A DNA stretch of 64,000 nt from the NCBI RefSeq assembly GCF_013149785.1, contig NZ_JABEZU010000001.1, positions 1,426,001-1,490,000 on the forward strand, given 5' to 3'. This stretch comes from Isoptericola halotolerans (GTDB lineage: Bacteria; Actinomycetota; Actinomycetes; Actinomycetales; Cellulomonadaceae). This document shows positions 25,879 to 37,330 of the stretch, piece by piece. The notes beneath the pieces are model-generated. The model did not search any database. It was given only the letters and a program-made list of their open reading frames with translations, and was not told the DNA's origin. Both the position numbers and the translations under genes were made by a program. Positions within the stretch are counted from its first letter, which is position 1; every line of letters begins with the position of its first letter.

Positions 25879-27738
25879 ATGACCGACCAGCCCTCCACGG
25901 GCGGTCCCGCACGGCCCCACGACAGGGCCCCGCACCCCGGCACCGGGGTGCGGGGCCCTGTCGTCGGGCTGCGCGCGGACCTGCTCGCCGCCGCCGCCGA
26001 CCTCAGCGGCCCCGGACGCTCCGGGGTCGCCCGGCGCGCCACCCTCCAGCAGATCGTCACCGACCGGCTCGCGCTGCTCTACGCCGAGGCGACGGCAGAC
26101 GTCGACCCGGCCGGCCTGGCGCTGGCCGCCGTCGGCTCGCTGGGCCGTGGCGAGCTCGGGCCGCTGTCCGACCTGGACCTCGTGCTGATCCACGACGGCC
26201 GTTCGCACAAGCCGGACGCGCTGGCCGCCGTCGCCGAGCGGCTCTGGTACCCGTTGTGGGACTCCGGGGTCGACATCGACCACGCCGTCCGGTCGCTCAA
26301 CCAGACCCGCCAGCTCGCGAGCCGGGACCTGCCGGCCGCCGTCGGATGGCTCGACGTGCGCCCCGTGGCGGGGGACGCCGTCGTCGTGCACCGGGCGGCC
26401 TCGGGCATCCTCACCGACTGGCGCTCCGCGTCCCGCCGCCGGCTGCCGGAGCTGCTGTCCAGCGTGCGCGAGCGGGCCGAGCGGTCCGGGGAGCTCGCCT
26501 ACCTCATCGAGCCGGACCTCAAGGAGGCCCGGGGCGGCATCCGTGACGCCGTCGTGCTGTCCGCCCTCGCGGCGACCTGGTTGACCGACCGCCCGCACGG
26601 GCGGGTCGACACCGCGTACGCGCACCTGCTCGACGTCCGGGACGCGCTGCAGGTCGTCACGCGGCGTCGATCGACCCGGCTGCTGCTGGCCGACCTCGAC
26701 GAGGTGGCCGGGCTGCTCGGGTACGACGACCCGGACGAGCTGCTGGCGAGCCTGGCAGAGGCGGGGCGGGAGATCTCCTTCGCGCTGGACTCCACGGTCC
26801 GGCGTGCCCGCCAGGCGCTGCAGCGACCGGCGGCACGCAAGCCCGTGCTGGTCCGTGGGAGGCGCCAGCCACCGCGGCTGCGGTCGGTCGGTGACGGGCT
26901 GGTGGAGCACGACGGCGAGCTCGTCCTCGGTGTGACCGCCCAGCCCGCGGAGGACCCGATGCTGTCCTTGCGAGCCGCCGCGACGGCAGCACGCACCGGG
27001 CTGGCCCTGTCTCCGGTCACGGTGCACTCGCTGGCCGAGTGCCCGGCGCTGCCCGAGCCGTGGCCGCGCACGGCGCGCGGCCACCTGCTCACCCTGCTCG
27101 GGTCCGGTCCGGCGCAGGTGCACGTCTGGGAGGCGCTCGACCTGGCCGGGGCCGTCACGACCTGGATCCCCGAGTGGGCGGACGTGCGCAACAAGCCGCA
27201 ACGGGCGGCCATCCACCGGCACACGGTCGACCGGCACCTGGTCGAGACGGCCTCCCTGGCCGCGGCGGTGCGCAAGCAGCAGCTCGCCCGGGGGGTCGCC
27301 GCCAGGGACCTGCCTGCGGACCTGCTGCTGATCACCGCTGTCCTGCACGACATCGGCAAGCGACGCCGGGCCGAGCACTCCGACCACTCGGTCGAGGGCG
27401 CGCGCATCGTCACGCAGATCGTGCTGCGCATGGGGTTCGACGAGTCGTTCGCCGCCGACGTCGAGACCCTGGTGCGCCATCACCTGACGCTGTCGAGGCT
27501 CGCCACCACCGCCGATCCCGAGGATCCCGGGACGGTTCGCGAGCTGCTGGAGGCCCTCGACCACCGGCGCGACCTGCTCGAGGTGCTCCGGGCGCTGACC
27601 GAGAGCGACTCGTCGTCGCTCGGCCCGGCCGGCTGGACGGGGTGGCGGGCGAGCCTGGTGGACCAGCTCACCCGTGCGGCCCGCATCGCGCTGGAGGAGG
27701 CGACGTCGGCGTCCGAGGAGATCGGAGGGGGCCGGTAG
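25879..27738 (+). CDS. glnD: [Protein-PII] uridylyl/adenylyltransferase, short form
   Basis: [10 protein letters not shown]...SDLDL nucleotidyltransferase motif, [15 protein letters not shown] motif LHDIGK; amtB-glnK-glnD synteny. Confidence 0.9.
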   Translation: MTDQPSTGGPARPHDRAPHPGTGVRGPVVGLRADLLAAAADLSGPGRSGVARRATLQQIVTDRLALLYAEATADVDPAGLALAAVGSLGRGELGPLSDLDLVLIHDGRSHKPDALAAVAERLWYPLWDSGVDIDHAVRSLNQTRQLASRDLPAAVGWLDVRPVAGDAVVVHRAASGILTDWRSASRRRLPELLSSVRERAERSGELAYLIEPDLKEARGGIRDAVVLSALAATWLTDRPHGRVDTAYAHLLDVRDALQVVTRRRSTRLLLADLDEVAGLLGYDDPDELLASLAEAGREISFALDSTVRRARQALQRPAARKPVLVRGRRQPPRLRSVGDGLVEHDGELVLGVTAQPAEDPMLSLRAAATAARTGLALSPVTVHSLAECPALPEPWPRTARGHLLTLLGSGPAQVHVWEALDLAGAVTTWIPEWADVRNKPQRAAIHRHTVDRHLVETASLAAAVRKQQLARGVAARDLPADLLLITAVLHDIGKRRRAEHSDHSVEGARIVTQIVLRMGFDESFAADVETLVRHHLTLSRLATTADPEDPGTVRELLEALDHRRDLLEVLRALTESDSSSLGPAGWTGWRASLVDQLTRAARIALEEATSASEEIGGGR

Positions 27739-27781
27739 GCTAGGGGACCGCACGTCATCCCCCCGTGAAGAGGACCACCTG

Positions 27782-29422
27782 GTGTTCAACTCCCTGTCGG
27801 ACCGGCTCACCGCGACCTTCAAGAACCTGCGCGGCCGGGGACGCCTCTCCGAGGCCGACATCGACGCGACCGTCCGCGAGATCCGGCGCGCACTGCTCGA
27901 CGCGGACGTCGCCGTGCCCGTGGTGCGCCAGTTCACGGCGGCCGTGCGCGAGCGCGCGCTGGGTGCTGAGGTCTCCGGGGCGCTGAACCCGGCGCAGCAG
28001 GTCGTCAAGATCGTCAACGACGAGCTCGTGGGGATCCTCGGCGGGCAGACGCGGTCGCTCCAGCTCGCCAAGACCCCGCCGACGGTCATCATGCTCGCGG
28101 GCTTGCAGGGCGCGGGCAAGACGACGCTCGCGGGCAAGCTCGCCCTCGCGCTCAAGGAGCAGGGGCACACCCCGTTGCTCGTCGCGGCGGACCTGCAGCG
28201 GCCCAACGCGGTGACCCAGCTGTCGGTGGTGGCCGAGCGTGCCGGCGTGCCCGTCTTCGCCCCGCACCCTGGCAACACCTCCGACCACGACATGGCCGAC
28301 GGCGCCCTGGTGGGCGACCCCGTCGGCGTGGCGCGCGACGGGGTCGCGGAGGCACGGACGAAGCAGCACGACATCGTGATCGTCGACACCGCCGGCCGTC
28401 TCGGCGTCGACGAGCTGCTCATGCAGCAGGCCGCGGACATCCGGTCGGCGATCACACCGGACGAGGTGCTGTTCGTCATCGACGCGATGATCGGGCAGGA
28501 CGCCGTCACCACGGCGAACGCGTTCGCCGAGGGCGTGGACTTCACCGGCGTCGTGCTGTCGAAGCTCGACGGTGACGCCCGCGGCGGTGCGGCGCTGTCC
28601 GTGGCGAAGGTGACCGGTCGGCCGATCATGTTCGCCTCCACGGGCGAGAAGCTGACCGACTTCGAGGTCTTCCATCCCGACCGGATGGCCTCGCGCATCC
28701 TCGACATGGGCGACGTGCTGACGCTCATCGAGCAGGCCGAGAAGGCGTTCGACGCCGACGAGGCCGAGAAGATGGCCGCGAAGGTCGCCGGTGGCGAGGA
28801 CTTCACCCTCAGCGACTTCCTGGTGCAGATGCAGCAGATGAAGAAGCTGGGGTCGATGAAGAAGATGCTCGGCATGATGCCCGGCATGGCGCAGATGCGC
28901 GACCAGCTCGAGAACTTCGACGAGCGCGAGGTCGACCGCGTCCAGGCGCTCATCCAGTCCATGACCCCGGCCGAGCGGGACAACCCGAAGATCATCAACG
29001 GCTCGCGTCGTGCCCGGATCGCCCGGGGCGCCGGCCAGACGACCGCCGCCGTCAACGGCCTGCTCGACCGGTTCGCGCAGGCGCAGAAGATGATGCGGCA
29101 GATGGCCAAGGGCGGCGGTATGCCCGGGATGCCGGGCGGTGGCATGCCGGGCATGCCGGGGATGCCGGGCGGCGGCAAGAAGTCGCGCGGCAAGCAGCAG
29201 CCCAAGAAGAAGGTCAAGGGCAGGTCCGGCAACCCGGCCAAGCGTGCCCAGCAGGAGCGCGAGGCGATGCAGCGGGCTCTCGGCGGCGGGGCCAAGAAGT
29301 CCGCGCCCGCCGGGTCGGCGTTCGGGATGGCGTCGCAGCCTGAGGAGCAGCCGAGCGCGAGGGACCTCGAGAACCTCGAGCTGCCCGGTGACCTCGGCAA
29401 GCTGCTCGGCGGCGGTCGCTGA
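27782..29422 (+). CDS. ffh: Signal recognition particle protein
   Basis: GLQGAGKTT, DTAGR, KLDGDARGG, Met-rich M domain, SRRARIA.G. Confidence 0.98.
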   Translation: MFNSLSDRLTATFKNLRGRGRLSEADIDATVREIRRALLDADVAVPVVRQFTAAVRERALGAEVSGALNPAQQVVKIVNDELVGILGGQTRSLQLAKTPPTVIMLAGLQGAGKTTLAGKLALALKEQGHTPLLVAADLQRPNAVTQLSVVAERAGVPVFAPHPGNTSDHDMADGALVGDPVGVARDGVAEARTKQHDIVIVDTAGRLGVDELLMQQAADIRSAITPDEVLFVIDAMIGQDAVTTANAFAEGVDFTGVVLSKLDGDARGGAALSVAKVTGRPIMFASTGEKLTDFEVFHPDRMASRILDMGDVLTLIEQAEKAFDADEAEKMAAKVAGGEDFTLSDFLVQMQQMKKLGSMKKMLGMMPGMAQMRDQLENFDEREVDRVQALIQSMTPAERDNPKIINGSRRARIARGAGQTTAAVNGLLDRFAQAQKMMRQMAKGGGMPGMPGGGMPGMPGMPGGGKKSRGKQQPKKKVKGRSGNPAKRAQQEREAMQRALGGGAKKSAPAGSAFGMASQPEEQPSARDLENLELPGDLGKLLGGGR

Positions 29423-29442
29423 CGCCCCGGTAGGCTGCGGTC

Positions 29443-30555
29443 ATGTCGGTGCCCCACGTCCCCTTGCACGTCACGGGACACATCCTGCTCGACGGCAACC
29501 GCGAGGTCGGCGAGATGTGGGTCCGGGACGGCCGGCTGAGCCTGCTGCGGCCCACGCCCCAGGGCAGCCCGGCCACCGAGCTCGAGGGTTGGGTGCTGCC
29601 CGGTCTCGTGGACGTCCACTGCCATGTCGGGCTCGACGCCGGGGGCGCCGTCGACGAGGCCACGGCGACCAAGCAGGCTCTCGCGGACCGCGACACCGGT
29701 GTGCTGCTCGTCCGCGACGCCGGCTCCCCGCTGGACACGTCCTGGGTGGCGCGTCGCCCGGAGCTGCCTCGTCTCGTGCGTTCCGGCGTGCACGTGGCGC
29801 GCCCCAAGCGGTACCTGCGCCGCTACGGCCTGGAGCTCGAGGACGTCACGGACCTGCCGCGGGTCGTGGCCGAGCAGGCGCGTGCCGGGGACGGCTGGGT
29901 CAAGCTGGTCGGTGACTGGATCGACCGTGACCTGGGAGCCGACGGGGACCTGCGCCCGCTGTGGCCGGTCGACGTGCTCACCGAGGCGGTCGAGGCCGCG
30001 CACGCCGAGGCGGCCCGGGTCACGGTGCACGCCTTCTCCACCGAGGTGATCGAGGACCTGCTCACGGCCGGGGTCGACGGCATCGAGCACGGCACGGGCA
30101 TCACCGAGGACGTCATGCCCGAGATCGCCCAGCGCGGCATCCGGGTCACACCCACCCTGCTGCAGGTCGCGCAGTTCGGTGCCATCGCGCAGCAGGCGGA
30201 CGGCAAGTATCCCGTCTACGCGGCCCGTATGCGCCGCATGCACGAGCGGCGCCACGAGCAGGTGCGGGCGATGCACGACGCCGGCATCCCGCTCCTGGTG
30301 GGCACCGACGCCGGTGGCACGATCGACCACGGCCGGATCGCCGACGAGTGCTCGGAGCTGGTCGCGGCGGGGCTGCCCGACGCCGAGGTGGTGGCGATGG
30401 CGACGTGGCGAGCGCGTGCCTTCCTCGGCCACGGAGCGATGGTCGAGGGTTCCAGCGCCGACTTCGTCGTCTACGGTGCCGACCCGCGCGAGGACGTCGA
30501 GGTGCTGAGGCACCCGACGGCGGTCGTGCTCCGAGGGCGTGTCGTCGCACCATGA
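29443..30555 (+). CDS. Amidohydrolase-family protein
   Basis: PGLVDVHCH metal motif, IEHG, GTDAG. Confidence 0.88.
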   Translation: MSVPHVPLHVTGHILLDGNREVGEMWVRDGRLSLLRPTPQGSPATELEGWVLPGLVDVHCHVGLDAGGAVDEATATKQALADRDTGVLLVRDAGSPLDTSWVARRPELPRLVRSGVHVARPKRYLRRYGLELEDVTDLPRVVAEQARAGDGWVKLVGDWIDRDLGADGDLRPLWPVDVLTEAVEAAHAEAARVTVHAFSTEVIEDLLTAGVDGIEHGTGITEDVMPEIAQRGIRVTPTLLQVAQFGAIAQQADGKYPVYAARMRRMHERRHEQVRAMHDAGIPLLVGTDAGGTIDHGRIADECSELVAAGLPDAEVVAMATWRARAFLGHGAMVEGSSADFVVYGADPREDVEVLRHPTAVVLRGRVVAP

Positions 30556-30754
30556 CACCGGCCGGGCCGGTCGTGGACGCCGTGTGACCCGGTCGAGGGT
30601 TGGGGTACCGGCAGGTGTCTGGCACAATAGCGGGGTACTCGGCATGTCCAGGCCCCTCTCACCTGCACGTGCCCAGTCCTGACCCGCCCACCTGCAGGAC
30701 CCCACCCGCGTGGTGTTCCGGGTCGCACCCACAGAACCAGGAGAGTCCACACCA

Positions 30755-31165
30755 GTGGCCGTCAAGATTCGTCTGAAGCGCCTCGGCAAGATCCGGGCAC
30801 CGTACTACCGCGTCGTCGTCGCCGACTCGCGCACCAAGCGTGATGGTCGGGTGATCGAGGAGATCGGCAAGTACCACCCGACCGAGGAGCCGTCGCTCAT
30901 CGACATCAGCTCGGAGCGCGCCCAGTACTGGCTCGGAGTCGGCGCCCAGCCGACCGAGCAGGTCGCCGCCCTGCTGCGTGTCACCGGCGACTGGCAGAAG
31001 TTCAAGGGCCTGCCGGGTGCCGAGGGCACCCTGCGGACCAAGGAGGCCGCGGGCGACAGCGCCGCTGCCGTCGAGGCCGTGCACGCCGAGGCCGAGAAGG
31101 CCAAGGCGAAGGCCGCCGAGAAGAAGGCCGCCGACAAGTCCGACGAGGCTGAGGCCGAGGCCTGA
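30755..31165 (+). CDS. rpsP: 30S ribosomal protein S16
   Basis: [11 protein letters not shown]...[14 protein letters not shown]. Confidence 0.98.
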   Translation: MAVKIRLKRLGKIRAPYYRVVVADSRTKRDGRVIEEIGKYHPTEEPSLIDISSERAQYWLGVGAQPTEQVAALLRVTGDWQKFKGLPGAEGTLRTKEAAGDSAAAVEAVHAEAEKAKAKAAEKKAADKSDEAEAEA

Positions 31166-31404
31166 TGCTCGCCGACGCTCTCGAGCACCTGGTGCGTGGC
31201 ATCGTGGACAACCCGGACGACGTCCGGGTCACGGCACGCACGCAGCGCCGCGGTGACCTGCTCGAGGTCCGGGTGCACCCCGACGACCTCGGGCGGGTGA
31301 TCGGCCGCGGCGGTCGGACGGCCAAGGCCTTGCGCACCGTCGTCGGGTCCCTGGCGGCCGACGGTCCGGTACGGGTCGATGTCGTGGACGTCGACCGCCG
31401 CTGA
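31165..31404 (+). CDS. khpA: KH-domain RNA-binding protein
   Basis: DLGRVIGRGGRT KH motif; rpsP-rimM context. Confidence 0.93.
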   Translation: MLADALEHLVRGIVDNPDDVRVTARTQRRGDLLEVRVHPDDLGRVIGRGGRTAKALRTVVGSLAADGPVRVDVVDVDRR

Positions 31405-31426
31405 CCACCGAGAGCGACGAGCAGCA

Positions 31427-31467
31427 CCGACGAGGCCCGGTCCCGCCACGGGACCGGGCCTCGTCGC
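31427..31467 (+). terminator. GC-rich hairpin after khpA
   Basis: cgacgaggcccggtccc-gccac-gggaccgggcctcgtcg. Confidence 0.6.
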
Positions 31468-31516
31468 GCTCACGGGGCCGCGGCGTCCTGGCCGGCCCGA
31501 CGAACGAGGAGGAGAC

Positions 31517-32059
31517 ATGGAGCTCGTGGTGGCTCGCATCGGCAAGGCCCACGGACTGCGGGGCGAGGTCGCGCTGGACGTCCGCACCGACGTGCCGGAA
31601 GAACGGTTCGCCGTCGGCGCGGTCCTCACGACCGTGCCCGCGGAGAGGGGCCCGCTCACCGTCACGGCGACACGCGTGCACCAGGGCCGATGGCTCGTCG
31701 CGTTCGCCGGGTCGACGGACCGCTCCACGGCGGAGGCGCTGCGGGGGGTCGAGCTGGTCGTGGAGACGGCCGACTCCGAGGAGGACGACGCGTGGTACCC
31801 GCACGAGCTCGCGGGTCTGCGCGCCGAGCTCGTCGACGGGACCGTGGTCGGCGAGGTCGTGGGTCTCGAGCACCTGCCGGCCCACGACGCCCTGGTCGTG
31901 CGCGAGACCGGTGGGCAGCGGACGCTCGTGCCCTTCGTGCACGCCATCGTGCCGGTCGTCGACGTCGGCGGCGGGCGGGTCCAGCTGACCCCACCGGGAG
32001 GACTCCTGGCGCGCGACGCGGAGGCCGTCGTCGTCGACCGGCCCGAGGGCGAGGACTGA
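31517..32059 (+). CDS. rimM: Ribosome maturation factor RimM
   Basis: [14 protein letters not shown]-barrel 'LVPFV..IVP.VD'. Confidence 0.96.
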   Translation: MELVVARIGKAHGLRGEVALDVRTDVPEERFAVGAVLTTVPAERGPLTVTATRVHQGRWLVAFAGSTDRSTAEALRGVELVVETADSEEDDAWYPHELAGLRAELVDGTVVGEVVGLEHLPAHDALVVRETGGQRTLVPFVHAIVPVVDVGGGRVQLTPPGGLLARDAEAVVVDRPEGED

Positions 32060-32060
32060 C

Positions 32061-32951
32061 GTGCGCATCGACGTCGTCACGATCTTCCCGGACTATCTCG
32101 CCGCTCTCGACCTGTCCCTCGTGGGCAAGGCGCGCCGCGCCGGTCTGCTCGACCTGCGGGTGCACGACCTGCGTGACTGGACCACCGACCGGCACCGCAC
32201 CGTGGACGACACGCCGTTCGGCGGGGGCGCCGGCATGGTCATGAGGCCCGACGTGTGGGGCCAGGCGCTCGACGAGCTGCTGACCGACCCCGCCGAGGCG
32301 GGCGCCGGCGATGAGGCCGAGGCCGACGTCCCCCCCGTCACCCGCGGCGCACACCTGGTCGTGCCGACACCGTCGGGCGAGGTCTTCACGCAGCGGCGTG
32401 CCGAGGAGCTCGCGACCGAGGACCGGCTCGTCATCGCCTGCGGGCGGTACGAGGGCATCGACGCGCGGGTCGTGGAGCGCTACCGCGCGTCCGGCCACCG
32501 GGTCAGCGAGCTGTCGATCGGCGACTACGTGCTCAACGGCGGCGAGGTCGCTGCCCTCGTCATGGTCGAGGCGGTGGGGCGGTTGCTGCCCGGCGTCGTC
32601 GGGAACCCGCACTCGCTGGTGGAGGAGTCGCACGGGGCGGCGGGCCTGCTCGAGTACCCGGTCTACACCAAGCCCCCACGGTGGCAGGACCGGGACGTCC
32701 CCGAGGTGCTGCTCTCCGGGCACCACGCCCGCATCGAACGGTGGCGACGTGACCGCGCCCTGGAGCGGACCGCAGCGCGGCGTCCTGACATGATCGCCGC
32801 GCTGGACCCCCGGCAGCTCGACGCCCACGACCGCGACCTGCTCGCGGCGCTCGGTTGGCGGGAGGTGGTCGAGGACCCACGGGGTGGTGAGGGTCACGAC
32901 GGTGGGACCGGTGCAGGCCCTGCGCTCCGCCGGGAGCATGTGGCAGAATAG
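32061..32951 (+). CDS. trmD: tRNA (guanine37-N1)-methyltransferase
   Basis: [32 protein letters not shown]. Confidence 0.97.
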   Translation: MRIDVVTIFPDYLAALDLSLVGKARRAGLLDLRVHDLRDWTTDRHRTVDDTPFGGGAGMVMRPDVWGQALDELLTDPAEAGAGDEAEADVPPVTRGAHLVVPTPSGEVFTQRRAEELATEDRLVIACGRYEGIDARVVERYRASGHRVSELSIGDYVLNGGEVAALVMVEAVGRLLPGVVGNPHSLVEESHGAAGLLEYPVYTKPPRWQDRDVPEVLLSGHHARIERWRRDRALERTAARRPDMIAALDPRQLDAHDRDLLAALGWREVVEDPRGGEGHDGGTGAGPALRREHVAE

Positions 32952-33094
32952 GGCGCTGGTGTGCCGCAGCCCGGACTCTGCCACAGGGGAGACCATCGGG
33001 TCGAGGACGGCGCACCACCTCTCGACACGAACCCGGCCCGCCGCGTGCGGGCCCCCGAGCTTGTTCTGACCTGTGGCAGGGCGGGGAGACAACC

Positions 33095-33451
33095 ATGAAG
33101 ACGCTCGACTTCGTCGACGCGGCAGCGATGCGCGACGACATCCCGGACTTCCGCGCCGGTGACACCGTGAAGGTCAACGTGAAGGTCGTCGAGGGCAACC
33201 GCTCGCGTGTCCAGGCCTTCCAGGGCGTGGTCATCGCTCGTCGCAACAGCGGCGTCGGCTCGACCTTCACCGTCCGCAAGATCAGCTTCGGTGTCGGCGT
33301 GGAGCGCACCTTCCCGGTGCACGCCCCGACCGTGGACTCCGTCGAGGTCGTCACCCGTGGTGACGTCCGCCGTGCCAAGCTCTACTACCTGCGCTCCCTG
33401 CGCGGCAAGAAGGCGAAGATCCGCGAGAAGCGCGAGACGCCGGCCAAGTGA
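33095..33451 (+). CDS. rplS: 50S ribosomal protein L19
   Basis: [26 protein letters not shown]. Confidence 0.98.
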   Translation: MKTLDFVDAAAMRDDIPDFRAGDTVKVNVKVVEGNRSRVQAFQGVVIARRNSGVGSTFTVRKISFGVGVERTFPVHAPTVDSVEVVTRGDVRRAKLYYLRSLRGKKAKIREKRETPAK

Positions 33452-33459
33452 GCCGTGCC

Positions 33460-33529
33460 GGACGGTCCCTCCCGCAGGGGGACCGCCGGTCCGACGGGCG
33501 GTCCCTCCAGCCGGAGGGGCCGCCCGTCG
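33460..33529 (+). terminator. Double hairpin after rplS
   Basis: Two adjacent GC-rich stem-loops (cggtccct...gggaccg; gacgggcggtccctcc...ggaggggccgcccgtc). Confidence 0.55.
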
Positions 33530-33569
33530 GCGTTTCGCGGTGGCGCCGTGCGTCTGGCAGGGTGTGGAC

Positions 33570-34385
33570 GTGGCAGACTCCGACCCTGTGACATCCGCAG
33601 AGCGCCGCCCTGAGCCCGAGGGCATACCGGACCCCGACCCCACCGAGGGCTCGGCGGCCGACGTCCGGTCCTCCGGGGTCCCCGCGCACGCGGCCGGGCC
33701 TCGCGCCCGGTCGGGCGGCGGTCTCGGTCTGCTGCGCGAGACGGCGATCATCGTGATCAGCGCTCTGGTGCTCTCGTGGCTCATCAAGACGTTCCTCGTC
33801 CAGGCGTTCTACATCCCGAGCTCGTCGATGGAAGACACCCTCCAGGTCGGCGACCGGGTGATGGTGTCCCGGCTGGTGCCGGACGCTCTCGACGTGAACC
33901 GCGGAGACGTCGTGGTCTTCAAGGACCCGGGCGGCTGGCTGCCGCCCTACCAGGCCCCGGACAGGGGGCCGGTCGGCAACGCGGCGCGCGACGCCGCGAC
34001 CTTCGTCGGTCTGCTGCCTCAGGACACCGGCGAGCACCTCATCAAGCGGGTGATCGGGACGCCGGGCGACACCGTCGTGTGCTGTGACGCCGAGGGCAGC
34101 GTCAGCGTCAACGGGGTCGCGATCGACGAGACGCCGTACATCGCGCCGGGGTCGCAACCCAGCGAGACCGAGTTCGAGCACGTCGTGCCGGCGGACATGC
34201 TGTTCGTGATGGGCGACAACCGGCAGAACTCGAAGGACTCCCGGTACAACACCGGCAACCCGGGCGGAGGGTTCGTGCCGATGGGCAACGTGGTGGGTTC
34301 TGCCTTCGTGATCGTCTGGCCGTTCGGGGACGCCCGTGTCCTGCGCAACCCTGGCGACGTCTTCGCCGAGGTGCCCGAGCCGTGA
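33570..34385 (+). CDS. lepB: Signal peptidase I
   Basis: [10 protein letters not shown] (Ser), LIKRVIG (Lys), [11 protein letters not shown]; start codon uncertain (33570 or 33588). Confidence 0.94.
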   Translation: MADSDPVTSAERRPEPEGIPDPDPTEGSAADVRSSGVPAHAAGPRARSGGGLGLLRETAIIVISALVLSWLIKTFLVQAFYIPSSSMEDTLQVGDRVMVSRLVPDALDVNRGDVVVFKDPGGWLPPYQAPDRGPVGNAARDAATFVGLLPQDTGEHLIKRVIGTPGDTVVCCDAEGSVSVNGVAIDETPYIAPGSQPSETEFEHVVPADMLFVMGDNRQNSKDSRYNTGNPGGGFVPMGNVVGSAFVIVWPFGDARVLRNPGDVFAEVPEP

Positions 34386-35197
34386 CCGGACGCAGCGCTC
34401 GACGCAGCCCCACGCTGCGGTCGGAACGTGCCCTGCTCGGCGAGGGGGCGACCCTCGTCGGCGGGATGGACGAGGTCGGGCGCGGCGCCCTGGCAGGTCC
34501 GGTGAGCGTAGGGCTCGTCGTCGTCGACGTGAGCACCCGGACCGCCCCGCGTGGCCTGACCGACTCCAAGCTCCTGTCGCCCTCGGCCCGCGAGGAGATG
34601 GTCGGGCCGCTGCGGCGCTGGGCCGTGGCGTGGGCGGTCGGGCACGCCGGACCGGCCGAGATCGACGCGCACGGCATCGTCGCTGCCCTACGGCTCGCCG
34701 GTCGGCGAGCACTGGCACAGGTGCGGCGGTCGGCCGGGGACGTCGACGTCGTCCTCCTCGACGGTTCGCACGACTGGCTCAGCCGACCCCACGCGGACCT
34801 CTTCGAGGCGGCGGAGCTGGACCCCAGCCGGACGCTCGACGCTCCGGAGCCGGGGGTGCGGACCCTCGTCAAGGCAGATCTGCAGTGCTCGTCGGTCGCA
34901 GCGGCGAGCGTGCTCGCCAAGGTCGAGCGCGACGGGCTGCTGCGTCGCCTCGCCGCGCAGTACCCGGCGTTCGCGTGGGAGCAGAACAAGGGCTACTCCG
35001 CGCCGGCCCACCTCGAGGCGCTCCGGCGGCACGGTCCGACCCCCCAGCATCGCCGGTCCTGGAACCTCAGGGTCCTGGACGAGACCGCCGCAGGGGCGGC
35101 TCCGACCCCGGCCGCAGAGGGTGCTGCCCCGGGAGCCCCCACGCTCGACGAGGTGAGCGTGGGCTCCGGCGTGCCGTGGCGCACGCGGGTGGGATGA
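34382..35197 (+). CDS. rnhB: Ribonuclease HII
   Basis: [34 protein letters not shown]. Confidence 0.96.
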   Translation: MTGRSARRSPTLRSERALLGEGATLVGGMDEVGRGALAGPVSVGLVVVDVSTRTAPRGLTDSKLLSPSAREEMVGPLRRWAVAWAVGHAGPAEIDAHGIVAALRLAGRRALAQVRRSAGDVDVVLLDGSHDWLSRPHADLFEAAELDPSRTLDAPEPGVRTLVKADLQCSSVAAASVLAKVERDGLLRRLAAQYPAFAWEQNKGYSAPAHLEALRRHGPTPQHRRSWNLRVLDETAAGAAPTPAAEGAAPGAPTLDEVSVGSGVPWRTRVG

Positions 35198-35204
35198 TGT
35201 CCCG

Positions 35205-35504
35205 GTGAGTGCCGAGGACCTCGAGAACTACGAGAACGACATGGAGCTCGCGCTGTACCGCGAGTACCGCGACGTCGTCGGGCTCTTCTCCTACGTGGTG
35301 GAGACCGAGCGCCGTTTCTACCTGGCCAACCAGGTCGACCTGCAGGTGAGGGCGGCCGCGGGCGAGGTCTACTTCGAGCTGCGCCTCGCCGACGCCTGGG
35401 TGTGGGACGTCTACCGTTCGGCGCGGTTCGTGAAGTCCGTCCGCGTGGTGACGTTCAAGGACGTCAACGTCGAGGAGCTTGCCAAGGCGGACATCGCGCT
35501 CTAG
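35205..35504 (+). CDS. DUF2469-family protein
   Basis: MSAEDLENYE..MEL.LYREYRDVV...ETERRFYL, the conserved actinobacterial protein found after rnhB. Confidence 0.88.
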   Translation: MSAEDLENYENDMELALYREYRDVVGLFSYVVETERRFYLANQVDLQVRAAAGEVYFELRLADAWVWDVYRSARFVKSVRVVTFKDVNVEELAKADIAL

Positions 35505-35644
35505 GTGCACCTACCTCCTGGCCGGGTACACCGAGGTGTGCTGACCCGGGACCGGGCGTCCCGTTCATCTCCTGGACAGCGCGCAGCAACCGTGCGGCGA
35601 GACGGGCCGTCTACGGTCGCAGCACCGACTTCAGGAGGCGCGAC

Positions 35645-36286
35645 ATGGGCACGGAACCAGGTACCGCACGAGAGATCGCCCACGAGCTCTCGCGTGGAAT
35701 CGACCCGGACGGCCTCGGCAACGACGCCCTCGGAGTCGACGTTGCACGGGCTGCCGAGGTGCCCGGCCCACCGCTGCTCGAGGCGGGCTGCGTGCGCGCC
35801 GCGTACGAAGCGATCGCGGGCGCGGGAGAGCGTGCCGACGCACCGGACGACGCGACGTTCGTCTCGCTTCGATCCGGTGCGAGGGCGGCCGCTGATGCGG
35901 CTCGCGTCGCTGATGAGATCGGGGCAGGGGCGGGTGGAGCGCTGCGCACCGCGGCCCGGGCGTGGTATCCGTTTGCCGTCGAGAGCGAGGGCATGTCGTG
36001 GAGAGCCGGCCTGAAGGCCTTCAGTGAGACGTGCGACAGCAACGCCGACGCGGACCAGAGTCTCGTCGTGCGGGCCGTCGAGGCGGCGGGAGCGGCAGCG
36101 GGACGCGATGACACCGCCACGGGGCGCGCGATACGCGCCTTCTCCGATGAGTTGAGGCGCAGGACCTCGGCTGGAGAAGACCTGCCGACAGCTTGGGGCG
36201 GCGCCGTTCACCACACGGCCGAGGCGGCACCCGACCCTGTCTTCCAGACCGTGGTCGACGCGGTGCACGGCGTGCTGTCCCGGTAG
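35645..36286 (+). CDS. Hypothetical protein, possibly a degenerate DAK2/DhaL-like helical domain
   Basis: AGGAGG RBS, ATG 35645, 213 aa, Ala-rich; less GC3-biased than its neighbours. Confidence 0.5.
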   Translation: MGTEPGTAREIAHELSRGIDPDGLGNDALGVDVARAAEVPGPPLLEAGCVRAAYEAIAGAGERADAPDDATFVSLRSGARAAADAARVADEIGAGAGGALRTAARAWYPFAVESEGMSWRAGLKAFSETCDSNADADQSLVVRAVEAAGAAAGRDDTATGRAIRAFSDELRRRTSAGEDLPTAWGGAVHHTAEAAPDPVFQTVVDAVHGVLSR

Positions 36287-36288
36287 GA

Positions 36289-36567
36289 GACGCCAAGACC
36301 TGATCGCACGCTGTCACGTATCCGTGCAGGGCCTTCCACGGGCCGTACTTCGCCGGCACGTCTCGCCACGCGGCGCCGGTGCGTCGCCGCCACAGGATCC
36401 CGTTGACCACCTGCCGGTGGTCACGCCACCGGCCACCACGGCCCGTCGCGACCGGCAGCAGCGGCCCGATCCGCGCCCAGGCCGAGTCTGTCAGCTCTCC
36501 ACGCCCCACCCCCACAACCCGGACGTTGCGCTACGCATGCCCGGAACATTCGCAGGACCGGCCCGAG
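36289..36567 (-). mobile_element. IS5-family transposase remnant (N-terminal DUF4096 part only)
   Basis: 'ELTDSAWARIGPLLP...GGRWRDHRQVVNGILWRRRTGAAWRDVP.KYGPW' at 36515-36325; no DDE domain follows; ends approximate. Confidence 0.85.
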
Positions 36568-36700
36568 GTGGGATGCATCGGCCGTGTGCGTGACGAGCCG
36601 CTGCACCGAGGCCGTCCACCGCCGAGGCCGTCCACAGATCGCACCACCGCCCCTCGACCTGCTCGGTCGCGCGTCACAGTCTGGGCGCGGAGGTGGTTCC

Positions 36701-37057
36701 GTGGGGGCCAAGGACGCCGTCGGGCGATACGGAGAACGGGTGGCGGCGCGCTACCTGACCGGGCGCGGCTACGAGGTGATCGACCGCAACTGGCGCGGTA
36801 CGCGGGGCGAGCTGGACCTGGTGACCCGCCACGGCGACACCCTGGTGGTGGTCGAGGTCAAGACGCGGCGGGGGACAGGCTACGGGCACCCGGCCGAGGC
36901 CGTCACGCGCGCCAAGCTCGACCGGATCCGACGGTTGACGGGGGAGTGGCTGCACACGCACGGCGTGCCGTGGTTGGAGGTGCGCGTGGACGTCGTCGCC
37001 GTCGTCGTGGCACGGGCCGGTGCGGCACGCGTCGAGCATCTGCGAGGTGTCCTCTGA
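36701..37057 (+). CDS. yraN: YraN (UPF0102) family nuclease
   Basis: G..GE..AA.YL...GY.VIDRNWR...GELDLV...VEVKTR. Confidence 0.93.
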   Translation: MGAKDAVGRYGERVAARYLTGRGYEVIDRNWRGTRGELDLVTRHGDTLVVVEVKTRRGTGYGHPAEAVTRAKLDRIRRLTGEWLHTHGVPWLEVRVDVVAVVVARAGAARVEHLRGVL

Positions 37058-37317
37058 TGGGTCTGGGGACGACTGCCTCGGTCGCGCTGACCGGGATGGA
37101 GGGCCACGTCGTCGAGGTCCAGGCACAGCTCGCCGCCTCGGTGCCGGGCTTCACCCTCGTCGGGCTGCCGGACGCCGCCCTCGCCGAGTCCCGGGACCGG
37201 GTCCGCGCCGCCGTGCTCTCGAGCGGCATCGCCTGGCCGCAGCGCAAGATCACCGTCAACCTGTCGCCGGCGTCGCTGCGCAAGTCCGGCACAGGCTTCG
37301 ACCTGTCAAGCACCTAG
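37057..37317 (+). pseudogene. comM: comM/YifB 5' fragment, ending at a stop supplied by attL
   Basis: VGLPDAALAESRDRVR...ITVNLSPA..RKSGTGFDL, then element-derived SST-stop. Confidence 0.92.
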
Positions 37318-37330
37318 AGTGGACAGCACT
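37280..37330 (+). repeat. attL
   Basis: comM sequence ...ggcttcGACCTG followed by element arm gtcaagcac (37305-37313). Confidence 0.9.

Noticed and set aside
29111..29176. GGMPGMPG tandem repeats in ffh
   Set aside because: Common low-complexity tail of actinobacterial Ffh
36379..37317. 312-aa ORF from the track
   Set aside because: Only the part from ATG 37057 is comM; the upstream portion is an off-frame overlap of yraN and the IS remnant
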